64,000 bases of DNA, from NCBI GenBank assembly GCA_016188425.1, contig JACPHX010000020.1:1821-65820 (forward strand), in the 5' to 3' direction. Of the stretch, positions 9,583-17,817 are shown piece after piece (position 1 is the first letter of the stretch; each line of letters opens with the position of its first letter). This DNA comes from Candidatus Uhrbacteria bacterium. GTDB taxonomy: Bacteria > Patescibacteriota > Patescibacteriia > UBA9934 > GWF2-40-263. Position numbers and translations under genes: made by a program. Below the pieces are notes generated by a model, which worked only from the letters and a program-made list of their open reading frames with translations, ran no database searches and was not told where the DNA came from.

Positions 9583-9696
9583 ACTTGGCTTATCATCCGT
9601 GGATACTATACATGAACTTTTGACGGCAGTCAATTTTTTGAATGTGGTGGAGATGCGGGGATTTGCACCCCGGAGATTTTGGATGATAAGCCAAGT
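9583..9696. repeat. 16-bp perfect inverted repeats bracketing an 82-bp segment that carries a tRNA 3'-end fragment
   Basis: ACTTGGCTTATCATCC at 9583..9598 and its exact reverse complement GGATGATAAGCCAAGT at 9681..9696. Confidence 0.7.
9645..9672 (-). other. tRNA 3'-end fragment (T-arm + acceptor 3' strand + CCA); att-site-like remnant
   Basis: The minus strand reads CGGGG-TGCAAAT-CCCCG-CATCTCC-A-CCA. No complementary 5' acceptor strand (GGAGATG) occurs upstream, so this is not a complete tRNA. Confidence 0.5.
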
Positions 9697-9716
9697 CCCG
9701 GACTATAGTCCCCACA

Positions 9717-10355
9717 CTATGAAACAGGACTGAGTCCGAGAATCGTGTAGGGGAATGTTGTTGAGTTGAGAAACATGACGAACTCGTCCGTCGCCGCATC
9801 AATATCATCGATGAAGCGGTTGTGCGTGATTTCTGACCGTCCACGTTTCCAAACATGTTCCTGAGGATTTTCCTCGGGTGCATATTTGGGAAAATGAATC
9901 ACTTCGATGTTGCCATCTTGCTTCACGAACTCCTGAACGACCGATCCTCGGTGCCAGCCAGCGTTGTCCCACAGAAGGACAATTTTTTGTTTTGGGTAGA
10001 TGGAACGAATTTGTTTGAGTGCGTCCGCCGTCACAACCATGTTTTGCTTGAGCGTTTTGATGGCATGTTCCTGTCCGGTCTTCAGATTGAGAAAGCCGTA
10101 GATTTGTATTCTTTGAATGCTTGAATTCGCCACGTCCACACGCACTGTCTCTCCTTGAGGCAGCCAGACTTTCTGCGTGGTCGTCTTGGTGGTGAGGATC
10201 ATCTCATCGGCAGCAAGGATGACGGTTCCTCGATCATCGAAATGCTTTTGAACCAATGGTCTTGTGGCCTTTCTCCATACCCGAACCTCTTTTTCGTTGT
10301 GCTCGTGGTATCGACGCTCTGGTTTGTGATAGCTGAAAGACGCTTTGCGAAACAC
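9717..10355 (-). mobile_element. IS630/Tc1-mariner-family transposase, DDE catalytic domain only (N-terminal HTH part missing)
   Basis: DDE triad contexts ILAADEMIL, LLWDNAGWHRG, HFPKYAPEENPQEHVWK. Only 212 aa where ~340 aa is typical for this family. Its start codon abuts or overlaps the 5' end of the RT reading frame. Confidence 0.75.
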
Positions 10356-11215
10356 AAGATACAGGGACGTTTTGGACTTGTATAAATGCTATTTCATAAT
10401 GTGATCACTATAAACGTCGTTACATCCACAAAGCGGCCGTACGCGACCGTGTCGTGCACCGCGCGATTCACCGAATACTGTACCCGTTCTTTGATCGACT
10501 GTTTATCTCAGACTCTTTCTCTTGCCGTGTCGGCAGGGGGACTCACAAGGCGCTCGATCGTTTTCATGAGTTTTCCTATCAAGCCAGCCGGAATCATCAC
10601 CGAACTTGCTGGGTGCTCAAATGCGATATCCGTCGATTTTTCGATTCGATCGATCACTCCGTACTACTGGATATCTTGAAGATGAGAATATCAGACTAAC
10701 GAATAGTCGATCTCCTGGCGACCATTATCGACAGCTACGAAATTACTCCAGGAAAAGGCCCCCCGCTTGGGAACCTTACAAGCCAGCTCTTTGCCAATGT
10801 CTATCTCAATGAACTCGACCAATTCATGAAGCACCGAATGAAGGCGCAAAAGTACATCCGTTACGCGGATGATTTTGTTATTTTTTCTGCGGAACGGGAT
10901 TATTTGCTTTGCATCTTGCCGCTCATCTCTGATTTTCTACGGAAGCGATTAATACTCGAATTGCATCCCAAGAAAGTATCGATAAACACGAGTGCCTCCG
11001 GCATCGATTTTCTGGGCTGGATCCATTTTCCCGACTATCGCATCCCCCGGCATGCCACCATACGCCGTATGTGGAAGCGCATCATCGACGATTTTTCCAA
11101 GGAAACCTTCGCCTCGTATCGGGGGCTTTTATCTCATGGAAATACCTTTGGCCTGCAAAATGATTTGTCTAATTTTACTTGGTTATTTCACGATACAAGG
11201 AAAAGTATTATTTGA
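10337..11215 (+). pseudogene. diversity-generating-retroelement (DGR)-type reverse transcriptase, N-terminally truncated, with one in-frame TAA
   Basis: A single reading frame (2) is continuous from about 10337 to 11215 except for a TAA at 10697..10699. It encodes RDRVVHRAIHRILYPFFDR, GRGTHKALDR, VLKCDIRRFFDSIDH, PLGNLTSQLFANVYLNELD (the DGR-RT hallmark [I/L]GxxxSQ, close to Bordetella bRT IGSLTSQLFANVY), YIRYADDFVIF (YxDD), LELHPKK and GIDFLGW. About 60 N-terminal residues are missing relative to bRT. Confidence 0.75.
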
Positions 11216-11427
11216 AATTTTGTTGCCGCTGATTTGCTGTAGTACAGGTATTCATTTTTATTTGATATTGAGATTTTGACATTGGACACCCCCCTCTTTC
11301 CTTGACCTTTTCCCCCACCCATGTTGACAACCTTCGTATTTCCTGGCCTTTTCTCTTTATCAATCTGCCGTGCTTGTGCTAGCATGGGGCGGTAGTAACG
11401 TTTACTAATTTTTTCTTGTTTCCTGCT

Positions 11428-11709
11428 ATGGCCAAGATGACCAAAAGCCAGATGATGGCTACCCTCGCTGAAGAGTCGGGGCTCGCTAAGAAAGATGTCG
11501 TCATGCTCCTTGAGAAGATGACGAACATGGCCTATAAGCACGTGAAGTCCGATGGCGAGTTCACGCTCCCAGGCATCGGCAAGCTCGTCAAAAAGCACCG
11601 CGCCGCTCGTGCAGGCCGCAACCCGGCGACGGGTGCGACGATCCAGATCCCTGCCAAGACCGTCGTAAAGTTCCGCGTCGCGAAGGCCGCGAAGGAAGCG
11701 ATCCTTTAA
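11428..11709 (+). CDS. hup: HU/IHF-family DNA-binding protein
   Basis: MAKMTKSQMMATLAEESGLAKKDVVMLLEKMTNMAYKHVKSDGEFTLPGIGKLVKKHRAARAGRNPATGATIQIPAKTVVKFRVAKAAKEA, the beta-arm motif R.GRNP.TG. Confidence 0.8.
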   Translation: MAKMTKSQMMATLAEESGLAKKDVVMLLEKMTNMAYKHVKSDGEFTLPGIGKLVKKHRAARAGRNPATGATIQIPAKTVVKFRVAKAAKEAIL

Positions 11710-11720
11710 GAGGAAGAAGA

Positions 11721-11747
11721 AACAGGCGCTGATCACGCCTGTTTTTT
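11721..11747 (+). terminator. intrinsic terminator after hup
   Basis: aacaggcg-ctgatca-cgcctgtt followed by tttt. Confidence 0.75.
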
Positions 11748-11755
11748 CATAATAT

Positions 11756-11800
11756 GCTAACCCCGAGCGTTAGCAGCCGCTGCCAACGCTCGGGGTTAGC
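11756..11800 (+). promoter_or_regulatory. 16-bp-stem hairpin in the hflX leader
   Basis: gctaaccccgagcgtt-agcagccgctgcc-aacgctcggggttagc, perfect stem, 9 nt before the hflX ATG. Confidence 0.4.
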
Positions 11801-11808
11801 ACTCGCCT

Positions 11809-12912
11809 ATGGAACGAGCCATCCTCATCGATATCATTCCCCCGCGCATGCGGGTCCAAGACAGCCGCGATCGGCTGGATGAATTGGAGTCCTTGGTGCG
11901 CACGTATGGCGGGGTCGTGGTCGTGAAGACGCATCAGCGCCGCGCAACGCCCCATCCTCGGACGTTCATCGGGCCGGGGAAGATCGAGATGATCGCGCAG
12001 GAGGGGAAAGAGCTGAAGGCTACGATGCTCATCATCAACAACCAGCTCAAGCCTCGCCAGACGTACCTTATCGCCGAGGCGCTACGGCCGGCCGGCATCC
12101 GTGTCATGGACCGGGTCGACCTTATCCTCCACATTTTCCGCAAGCACGCCCAGACGGCCGAGGCGAGGTTGGAGATCGAATTGGCGGCGGTACGCCATAT
12201 GGGCCCGCGCATCTTCGGCATGGGCGCGGAGCTGTCTCGCCAAGGCGGGGGCATCGGAACGATGGGGATCGGGGAGACGAACACGGAGCGTATGAAACGC
12301 CACCTCAAGGAGCAGGAGCGGCAGATTCAGAAAGAGTTGGAGAAATACGAGCATGTCCGCGCGAACCATCAGAAGGGGCGCCGGCGTCGAGGATTGAGAA
12401 CAGTCGCGATCGTCGGGTACACGAACGCGGGGAAGACGACGTTACTGAACGCCCTGACTGGTCGGAAAGAATACGCCGCGGACAAACTGTTCGCGACGCT
12501 CGATACGCGCGTCGGGTCTTTGTATATCCCGTCGACGCACGAGACGCTTCTCGTCTCTGACACGATTGGCTTTATCAAAGACCTTCCACCGACATTGATC
12601 AACGCGTTCGCCTCGACCTTGTCGGAAACCGTGCAAGCGGATCTGCTTCTCCAAGTCGTCGACGCCGCGGATCCGCATCTTGCCGACCATCTCAGGGTTG
12701 TCGACGAGATCCTTGAGAAAATCGGCGCGTCTGGCATCCCAAGGTTCGTTGTCTTTAACAAGATGGACGCCGCGGGGAAACGGGTGAAGGCGAAGTTGCG
12801 GCGGCTCATTCCAACGGGAGCCGCCTCTGTGTTCGTGTCGGCAGAGAAGAAAGAAGGGATGGAGGGGTTGGTGGGAGAGATTGAGAGGAAGGTGAGGAGA
12901 GAAGCAAAATAA
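11809..12912 (+). CDS. hflX: GTPase HflX
   Basis: HflX N-domain followed by the G-domain VAIVGYTNAGKTTLLNALTG...DTIGFI...NKMD. Confidence 0.9.
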   Translation: MERAILIDIIPPRMRVQDSRDRLDELESLVRTYGGVVVVKTHQRRATPHPRTFIGPGKIEMIAQEGKELKATMLIINNQLKPRQTYLIAEALRPAGIRVMDRVDLILHIFRKHAQTAEARLEIELAAVRHMGPRIFGMGAELSRQGGGIGTMGIGETNTERMKRHLKEQERQIQKELEKYEHVRANHQKGRRRRGLRTVAIVGYTNAGKTTLLNALTGRKEYAADKLFATLDTRVGSLYIPSTHETLLVSDTIGFIKDLPPTLINAFASTLSETVQADLLLQVVDAADPHLADHLRVVDEILEKIGASGIPRFVVFNKMDAAGKRVKAKLRRLIPTGAASVFVSAEKKEGMEGLVGEIERKVRREAK

Positions 12913-13006
12913 TAATCGTGAATATAGTCAATTATTTATGTATATTCACGATTATCTTGACAATAATCGTGAATATGGCTATGATATAGTAAATATTCAC
13001 GATTAT
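12912..13006 (+). promoter_or_regulatory. fic promoter (TTGACA-17-TATGAT) interleaved with four 14-bp operator half-sites forming two palindromic operators
   Basis: ATAATCGTGAATAT at 12912..12925 and 12963..12976; its inverse ATATTCACGATTAT at 12942..12955 and 12993..13006; 30-bp half-site spacing within each pair. TTGACA at 12957..12962 and TATGAT at 12980..12985, 17-bp spacer. Confidence 0.55.
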
Positions 13007-13007
13007 T

Positions 13008-13895
13008 ATGCCACGCCAAAAAACATTCTATACCAGGATCGAAGCTTTGCGGAAACGCCATTTTTTGGCTTTACCAGGCAAAGAATCGCTTATCAGCCTC
13101 CTCAACGAGGCGGAAGTCTCGGAGCAGGTTTATAACTCGAATGCCATTGAAAACAGCACGCTTTCGCTTGAGGAGACAGAGAAGATTCTTCTCCAGGTAG
13201 ACCTGGACCGATTCATCAATGAACGGGAAATCTTTGAGGCGAAGAACCTTGCACGGGTCATGGAATACATGACGGCAAAAGCAAAGGATAAGGACCTGGA
13301 TAAAGAGACAATCCTGCTTTTGCACAAGATGCTCATCTTGAATATCCGTGACGAGATCGCTGGGCGTTTCCGTCGTGGGAATGAGTGGGTACGTGTTGGG
13401 AGCTATGTCGCCTCAAACCCCGCCGACGTCGAGTCCCTTATTGACCGCATGTTGGCTGACTATCAGGGGAATGCGGACCAGCACATCGTGAAACGCATCG
13501 CTTCGCTTCACCTGACGTTCGAACACATCCATCCCTTCGTGGATGGTAACGGCCGCATCGGTCGTGTGATGAACAACTACGCGCTTGTCCGTGGCGGGTA
13601 TGTCCCGATTACCGTGCGGTATGCGGACCGGGAAAAGTACTACCAAGCGTTCAAGGATTTTGATGCGAAGAATGATACGACGGTCATGGAAGAAATCGTT
13701 GGCACGGCGCTGGTCGAGAGCTACCACAAACGGCTGGCGTACTTGGAGGGGAAGAGCATCGTGCCGCTCATCGAATATTCCAAACGAGAAAAAATTGCTC
13801 TCTCGAACCTACTCAACAAGGCGAAGCGGCAAACGATAGAGGCGTTCCGGGAAAAGGGGGTTTGGAAGATCGGGGTGGGGAAGGAAAAAGAATGA
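13008..13895 (+). CDS. fic: Fic/Doc-family protein (AMPylase-type)
   Basis: Canonical Fic motif HPFVDGNGRIGR; ATG at 13008. Confidence 0.85.
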   Translation: MPRQKTFYTRIEALRKRHFLALPGKESLISLLNEAEVSEQVYNSNAIENSTLSLEETEKILLQVDLDRFINEREIFEAKNLARVMEYMTAKAKDKDLDKETILLLHKMLILNIRDEIAGRFRRGNEWVRVGSYVASNPADVESLIDRMLADYQGNADQHIVKRIASLHLTFEHIHPFVDGNGRIGRVMNNYALVRGGYVPITVRYADREKYYQAFKDFDAKNDTTVMEEIVGTALVESYHKRLAYLEGKSIVPLIEYSKREKIALSNLLNKAKRQTIEAFREKGVWKIGVGKEKE

Positions 13896-13899
13896 GCGT

Positions 13900-14801
13900 A
13901 TGAAAAATGAACGCACAAGTCGGGTGTATGGCTCCGTGGCGGTATTTCTGTCGGCGCTCTTCTTTGGAAGCTACGGCGTATGGTCCCGCCTGATCGGCTC
14001 GGGAATGGGGAATTTTTTCCAAGGGTGGACACGTGCACTCATCATCATCGTTTTGATCCTTCCGTTTGTCCTCTTGCGACGGGAATTCGTCCGGATCGGG
14101 AAACAGGACCGCCCATGGCTGGCGGTGTTCCTTGTGTGCACATCGATGACTCAGGCGCCGCTGTTCTATGCGTACAACCACATGGACATCGGGACCGCCT
14201 CGTTGCTGTTTTTCGTGTCGATGTTCCTCACGATGAACTTCGTCGGCATCGGGTTCTTTCGAGAGAAGATGACCACAGCGAAAGTCGTGGCGATCGGCGG
14301 AGCCATCGTTGGCATGTGCCTCGTGTTCTCATTTTCCACGATTTCGTTTTCGCTTCTGGCGGCGCTCATGGCCCTGGCAAACGGCGTGGCCAGCGGAGGA
14401 GAGATCGCCTTTTCCAAGAAGCTTTCCTCGGGCTATTCACCCCTCTACCTTCACTCCTTAGTTGGATCGTGATCCTTTTTACGAATGCCCTCATTTCGTT
14501 GCTGCTTCATGAGGTGCAAATCCTCCCCAGCTTCTCTGCTGTATGGTTCTGGCAACTCTGTTATAGCGTCGTTTCGCTCTTTGGGTTCTGGCTCGTCATC
14601 GCCGGTTTGAAACGTGTCGATGCTACGATTGGGGCGCTTATCGGCTTGTTGGAGATCGTCTTCGGAGTGGCATTCGGTATCCTCTTTTTTAGAGAGGACC
14701 TGACAGCGAGTGTGGTTGTTGGAGGGTTGCTGATCGTGGGAGCGGCGTCGTTGCCGAATGTGTGGGAAATGATAAAGGAGAAGAGAGTGCTTGAAACATA
14801 A
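13900..14801 (+). pseudogene. EamA/DMT-family transporter with a frameshift (frame 1 to frame 3 near 14440..14470)
   Basis: ORF 13900..14472 encodes the first EamA repeat; ORF 13980..14801 in another frame carries the second (…SLLSWIVILFTNALISLLLHEV…). The junction lies at a CCCC run (cacccctctacc). Confidence 0.6.
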
Positions 14802-14866
14802 AAAAGTTGTCTTTCAAGAACGTTGGTTCATTGACCTGGCTCGATTGAATGTTACTATCAGCATAT

Positions 14867-16060
14867 ATGCGTTTATTCTCCCTTCTCTCCCTTTTCTTTT
14901 TCCTCCCCTCCCTCGCCCAAGCCGCCACGGTTCCCATCGCGCAGCAGATGAAAGGATCCATCCTCCTCTCGGTCGAGCAGCATGGAGAAGCTTGGTATGT
15001 GTCACCCAAAGACGGGGAACGCACCTACCTTCAAGGACCTTTGGTCGCCTACCAGGTGTTGCGCCAGCAGGGAGTCGGCATTACCGATGCCGACTTGGCA
15101 CGCATCCCGCTCGCGGTGCCGCCGCTTGGGTCAGGTTCGGATGTTGATGGAGATGGGTTGGATATTGAATTTGAAAAAGCGGTCGGGCTTGATCCGATGG
15201 TCGCGGACACGGATGGGGACGGGGTGAACGACGGTGTCGAAATCGCCAAAGGGCTGGATCCGCTGCGAGCGAAGATGGCAGCGCCGTCTATTGCCTTTGC
15301 AATGAAGCACAAAGGGAAGATCTTTTTGCAGGTCCAGCATCGAGGAGAAGCGTGGTGGGTCAATCCCAAGGATTTCAAACGATATTATCTGGGGACGCCA
15401 GAGCTGACGTATGCGCTCCTTCGTTCGCAAGGGAAAGGGATCTCCCAGAAAGATTTGAATACGATCCCCGTAACAGGAAACCAAATCGATTGTCTGGGGT
15501 CGATGGATTGTTTCAAGGCGGCCGTCGACAACCGTCAGACAGCCGTGATGGATTACCAGGAATCAAGCCAGGAGAAAGGTGGGTTCGCCTACACGTTTGT
15601 CACATCATTATCTTTCTCGTCGGATGACGCGACCACGATGAGGTTATCGTCCGATGTGAAGGTTTACATCCCGGCGACCGAAGCGGAGATCCGGAAAAAT
15701 GGCGCGTACTCTGATGCGGAAGTAGCGGACACGCTCGCCCGTTTGCAAGCGAAGCGCGTCGTTGTCCTTGGGCGAGGCATGACCTGTACCACCAATCAGA
15801 CCGTGGTCGCACAGGCCATCCTCGACCACACGTATTTCACCCTCCCGCGAGCGATCCCCTATAACCTGCTGTCCTTTTGGTACACCAAGGATGCTGAGGG
15901 AAAAAATGTCGTACATGTATCTCCCGAAATCGACAAGACGAAAGTGAATACCGCCACCTGCCACCTCGTGGAAGATGGGAAGATTATTAAAAGCAAGACG
16001 TACGATGTGAATCGGGACATGGCGGAGTTTGAGGAACAGCAGAGATTATTGCAGCGATAG
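14867..16060 (+). CDS. secreted repeat protein with TSP3-like Ca-binding motifs
   Basis: Signal peptide MRLFSLLSLFFFLPSLAQA; two copies of a ~50-aa module (ILLSVEQHGEAWYVSPKDGERTYL / IFLQVQHRGEAWWVNPKDFKRYYL); DTDGDGVNDGVE motif. Confidence 0.55.
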   Translation: MRLFSLLSLFFFLPSLAQAATVPIAQQMKGSILLSVEQHGEAWYVSPKDGERTYLQGPLVAYQVLRQQGVGITDADLARIPLAVPPLGSGSDVDGDGLDIEFEKAVGLDPMVADTDGDGVNDGVEIAKGLDPLRAKMAAPSIAFAMKHKGKIFLQVQHRGEAWWVNPKDFKRYYLGTPELTYALLRSQGKGISQKDLNTIPVTGNQIDCLGSMDCFKAAVDNRQTAVMDYQESSQEKGGFAYTFVTSLSFSSDDATTMRLSSDVKVYIPATEAEIRKNGAYSDAEVADTLARLQAKRVVVLGRGMTCTTNQTVVAQAILDHTYFTLPRAIPYNLLSFWYTKDAEGKNVVHVSPEIDKTKVNTATCHLVEDGKIIKSKTYDVNRDMAEFEEQQRLLQR

Positions 16061-16182
16061 AAAGTCGTCTGCATGCCTCTCACTTACGTGGCCGTCAGGA
16101 AGTTGAAGAAAGCGGAAAACAAGATTACTACGACCGGCAGACAGATTTCAGCCCGTTCCATTTTTAACAAGGCGATAGGATT

Positions 16183-16824
16183 GTGGGGAAGATTATCGAA
16201 AATAAACCAATCCTCTTCGTCGATTTCAACGGGGTTCTTTCCTATCGCAACTTCTGGTTCTCTTTAGAGGAAGTATCACATCCACTTTCTTCGCTCCTTG
16301 CCCCTATCCAAGAATTGGTCTTTTCCAAAAAGAAAGAACTCTGCAGTGATTGGATGCGGGGAATGTACACGAGTGAGCAGATCCATGAACGGATCGGAAT
16401 CGAACTTGGAATCGATGTAACGGCGCTCTGGGAACAGTTTGTCATTGATTGCAGAAATCTTGACGTTTCTTTATTGCTCTTGGACAAGATCCGACAGCTC
16501 AACGAAAAATACGTGTGTATTTTACGCACGGACAATATGGATACATTGGAACGGTTCACGATACCCGCACATCCTGAAATGAGGGATGCGTTCCATGAGA
16601 TCCACAACTCGTATGCCCTCGGCCAATTGAAGGGGGATGATGGCGGGAGGTATTTTTTGGACATGGTGAGGCGGTATCAGACTAATCTTACTTTTTGTGT
16701 GCTTGTCGATGATTCGGAAACGGTTTGTAGTCTATTTCGTTCGTTAGGAGGGAAAAGTTATTGCGTGACGGGAGAGGATCAGGTTTTTATTGTCTTTGAT
16801 CAATTGCATGGTAAAATTTTGTGA
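16183..16824 (+). CDS. HAD-superfamily hydrolase-like protein in an AT-rich (~43% GC) segment
   Basis: ILFVDFNGVL (HAD motif I, DxDG(T/V) type) and VLVDDSE (motif IV); TTG start. Confidence 0.45.
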   Translation: MGKIIENKPILFVDFNGVLSYRNFWFSLEEVSHPLSSLLAPIQELVFSKKKELCSDWMRGMYTSEQIHERIGIELGIDVTALWEQFVIDCRNLDVSLLLLDKIRQLNEKYVCILRTDNMDTLERFTIPAHPEMRDAFHEIHNSYALGQLKGDDGGRYFLDMVRRYQTNLTFCVLVDDSETVCSLFRSLGGKSYCVTGEDQVFIVFDQLHGKIL

Positions 16825-16833
16825 ACATTTTTT

Positions 16834-17392
16834 ATGATTGAACGGAGAGAAGGGATGATTCCTGAACTGGGCGTCCAAGAAAGATTGAAAGCAGAATTGC
16901 TGGACGGCCGTCTCTCGGCGGCCGATTTTATTGCTAGTCTAATGAAGTTGGATCAGTCGACGCCTTCGAGGGATCAAGCGGAGGGAAACGTGAAGGTCCC
17001 GACAGATCCGTTGGTTTCAGAGGTCTTAGGACGAGATGAGGATGTTGCTTCTGATTTTAACAATTTGCTTTCCCTGTCTTTTTTCCATATTGGTCAAAAG
17101 AAACTTTTTTGAAAAAAACAGGGAAGCAAGGAGTGATTTTGAAAAGGCCTTGAAAGCGGCAGAAAAAGTGAATGATGGTGGATACGAAGAATGGGTATAT
17201 TACATTCGTGCGACAATGGCGTATTTGGACCAGAATGTTTCAGAACTTGAGCAGATGGTCGTGGGGATGGAACCAGGGTCAAATCGAAACATCGTTCTCC
17301 ATATGATCTTTGGACTGAAGACATTCGGGAATGTCGATTACGACCGGGATTACAGGAATACCGATCCTTCGTTAGACACTCCTTCATCCTGA
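16834..17392 (+). pseudogene. hypothetical gene split into two ORFs (16834..17112 and 17036..17392) by a +1 shift at a T6/A7 homopolymer tract
   Basis: aaaagaaacttttttgaaaaaaacagg at about 17095..17121; the two ORFs would fuse to ...SDFNNLLSLSFFHIGQKK-FFEKNREARSDFEKALKAAEK... Confidence 0.3.
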
Positions 17393-17400
17393 GATAAAAA

Positions 17401-17428
17401 AACACCGCCTTCCAGCGGTGTATTTTCA
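17401..17428. terminator. hairpin terminator between convergent genes (before the rpmB 3' end)
   Basis: caccgc-loop-gcggtg followed by tattttcaa. Confidence 0.5.
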
Positions 17429-17432
17429 ATGC

Positions 17433-17663
17433 TTACTTTCCCATCTTGGTCAGATCGTATTTCTTTCCCTCTGCCTGCCATTTTTTGAGTGTGCGCAGTC
17501 CCCGGGTCGAGATGACGACGGTTTCCGTGCGGCCGGTGGCGGGGTTCATGAGCTTGCGCTTCATGAGGTTTGGGTAGAGCTTGCGCAGCGTGTGGCGCTT
17601 GCTATGGCTCACGTTCATGCCCGTGGTGGTTGTTTTTCCTGTAACAATGCAGACTTTTCCCAT
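17433..17663 (-). CDS. rpmB: 50S ribosomal protein L28
   Basis: MGKVCIVTGKTTTTGMNVSHSKRHTLRKLYPNLMKRK aligns with E. coli L28 [21 protein letters not shown]...FLPNL. Confidence 0.85.
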   Translation of the reverse strand: MGKVCIVTGKTTTTGMNVSHSKRHTLRKLYPNLMKRKLMNPATGRTETVVISTRGLRTLKKWQAEGKKYDLTKMGK

Positions 17664-17689
17664 AGGGGTAATATTCAGATCTTTTTGAG

Positions 17690-17815
17690 GTTGCTGGGAG
17701 TGTAGCGGAAGGGTGGGGGGAAGGCAAGGGCGGGGAGGGCCAGGGAGGGCTAGAAAAGGCCAGGAAGGACTGGAAGAGTCGGGAGAGGGGCAAGAGGACT
17801 AAGAAGGACTAGGCG
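17690..17815. repeat. purine-rich low-complexity repeat (ggcaaggg / gccaggga / actaagaagg units)
   Basis: Seen directly: ...gaagggtggggggaaggcaagggcggggagggccagggagggctagaaaaggccaggaaggactggaagagtcgggagaggggcaagaggactaagaaggactaggcgg. Confidence 0.4.
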
Positions 17816-17817
17816 GA

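Noticed and set aside
7950-9596. 548-aa minus-strand ORF overlapping the end of the DUF4012 gene and all of mreB
   Set aside because: Arg/His/Asp-rich, not protein-like; antisense shadow of mreB.
9593-9883. 96-aa minus ORF over the IR/tRNA-fragment region
   Set aside because: Spans the inverted repeats and tRNA remnant; S/R-rich translation, not a gene.
10697-10699. Stop-codon reassignment (TAA read as sense) suggested by single in-frame TAA codons in the RT and at 1476
   Set aside because: All well-supported genes here end with TAA/TAG/TGA in expected places (TGA and TAA both serve as stops of conserved genes such as nrdJ, folD, hrcA); a pseudogene or shadow-frame explanation is sufficient.
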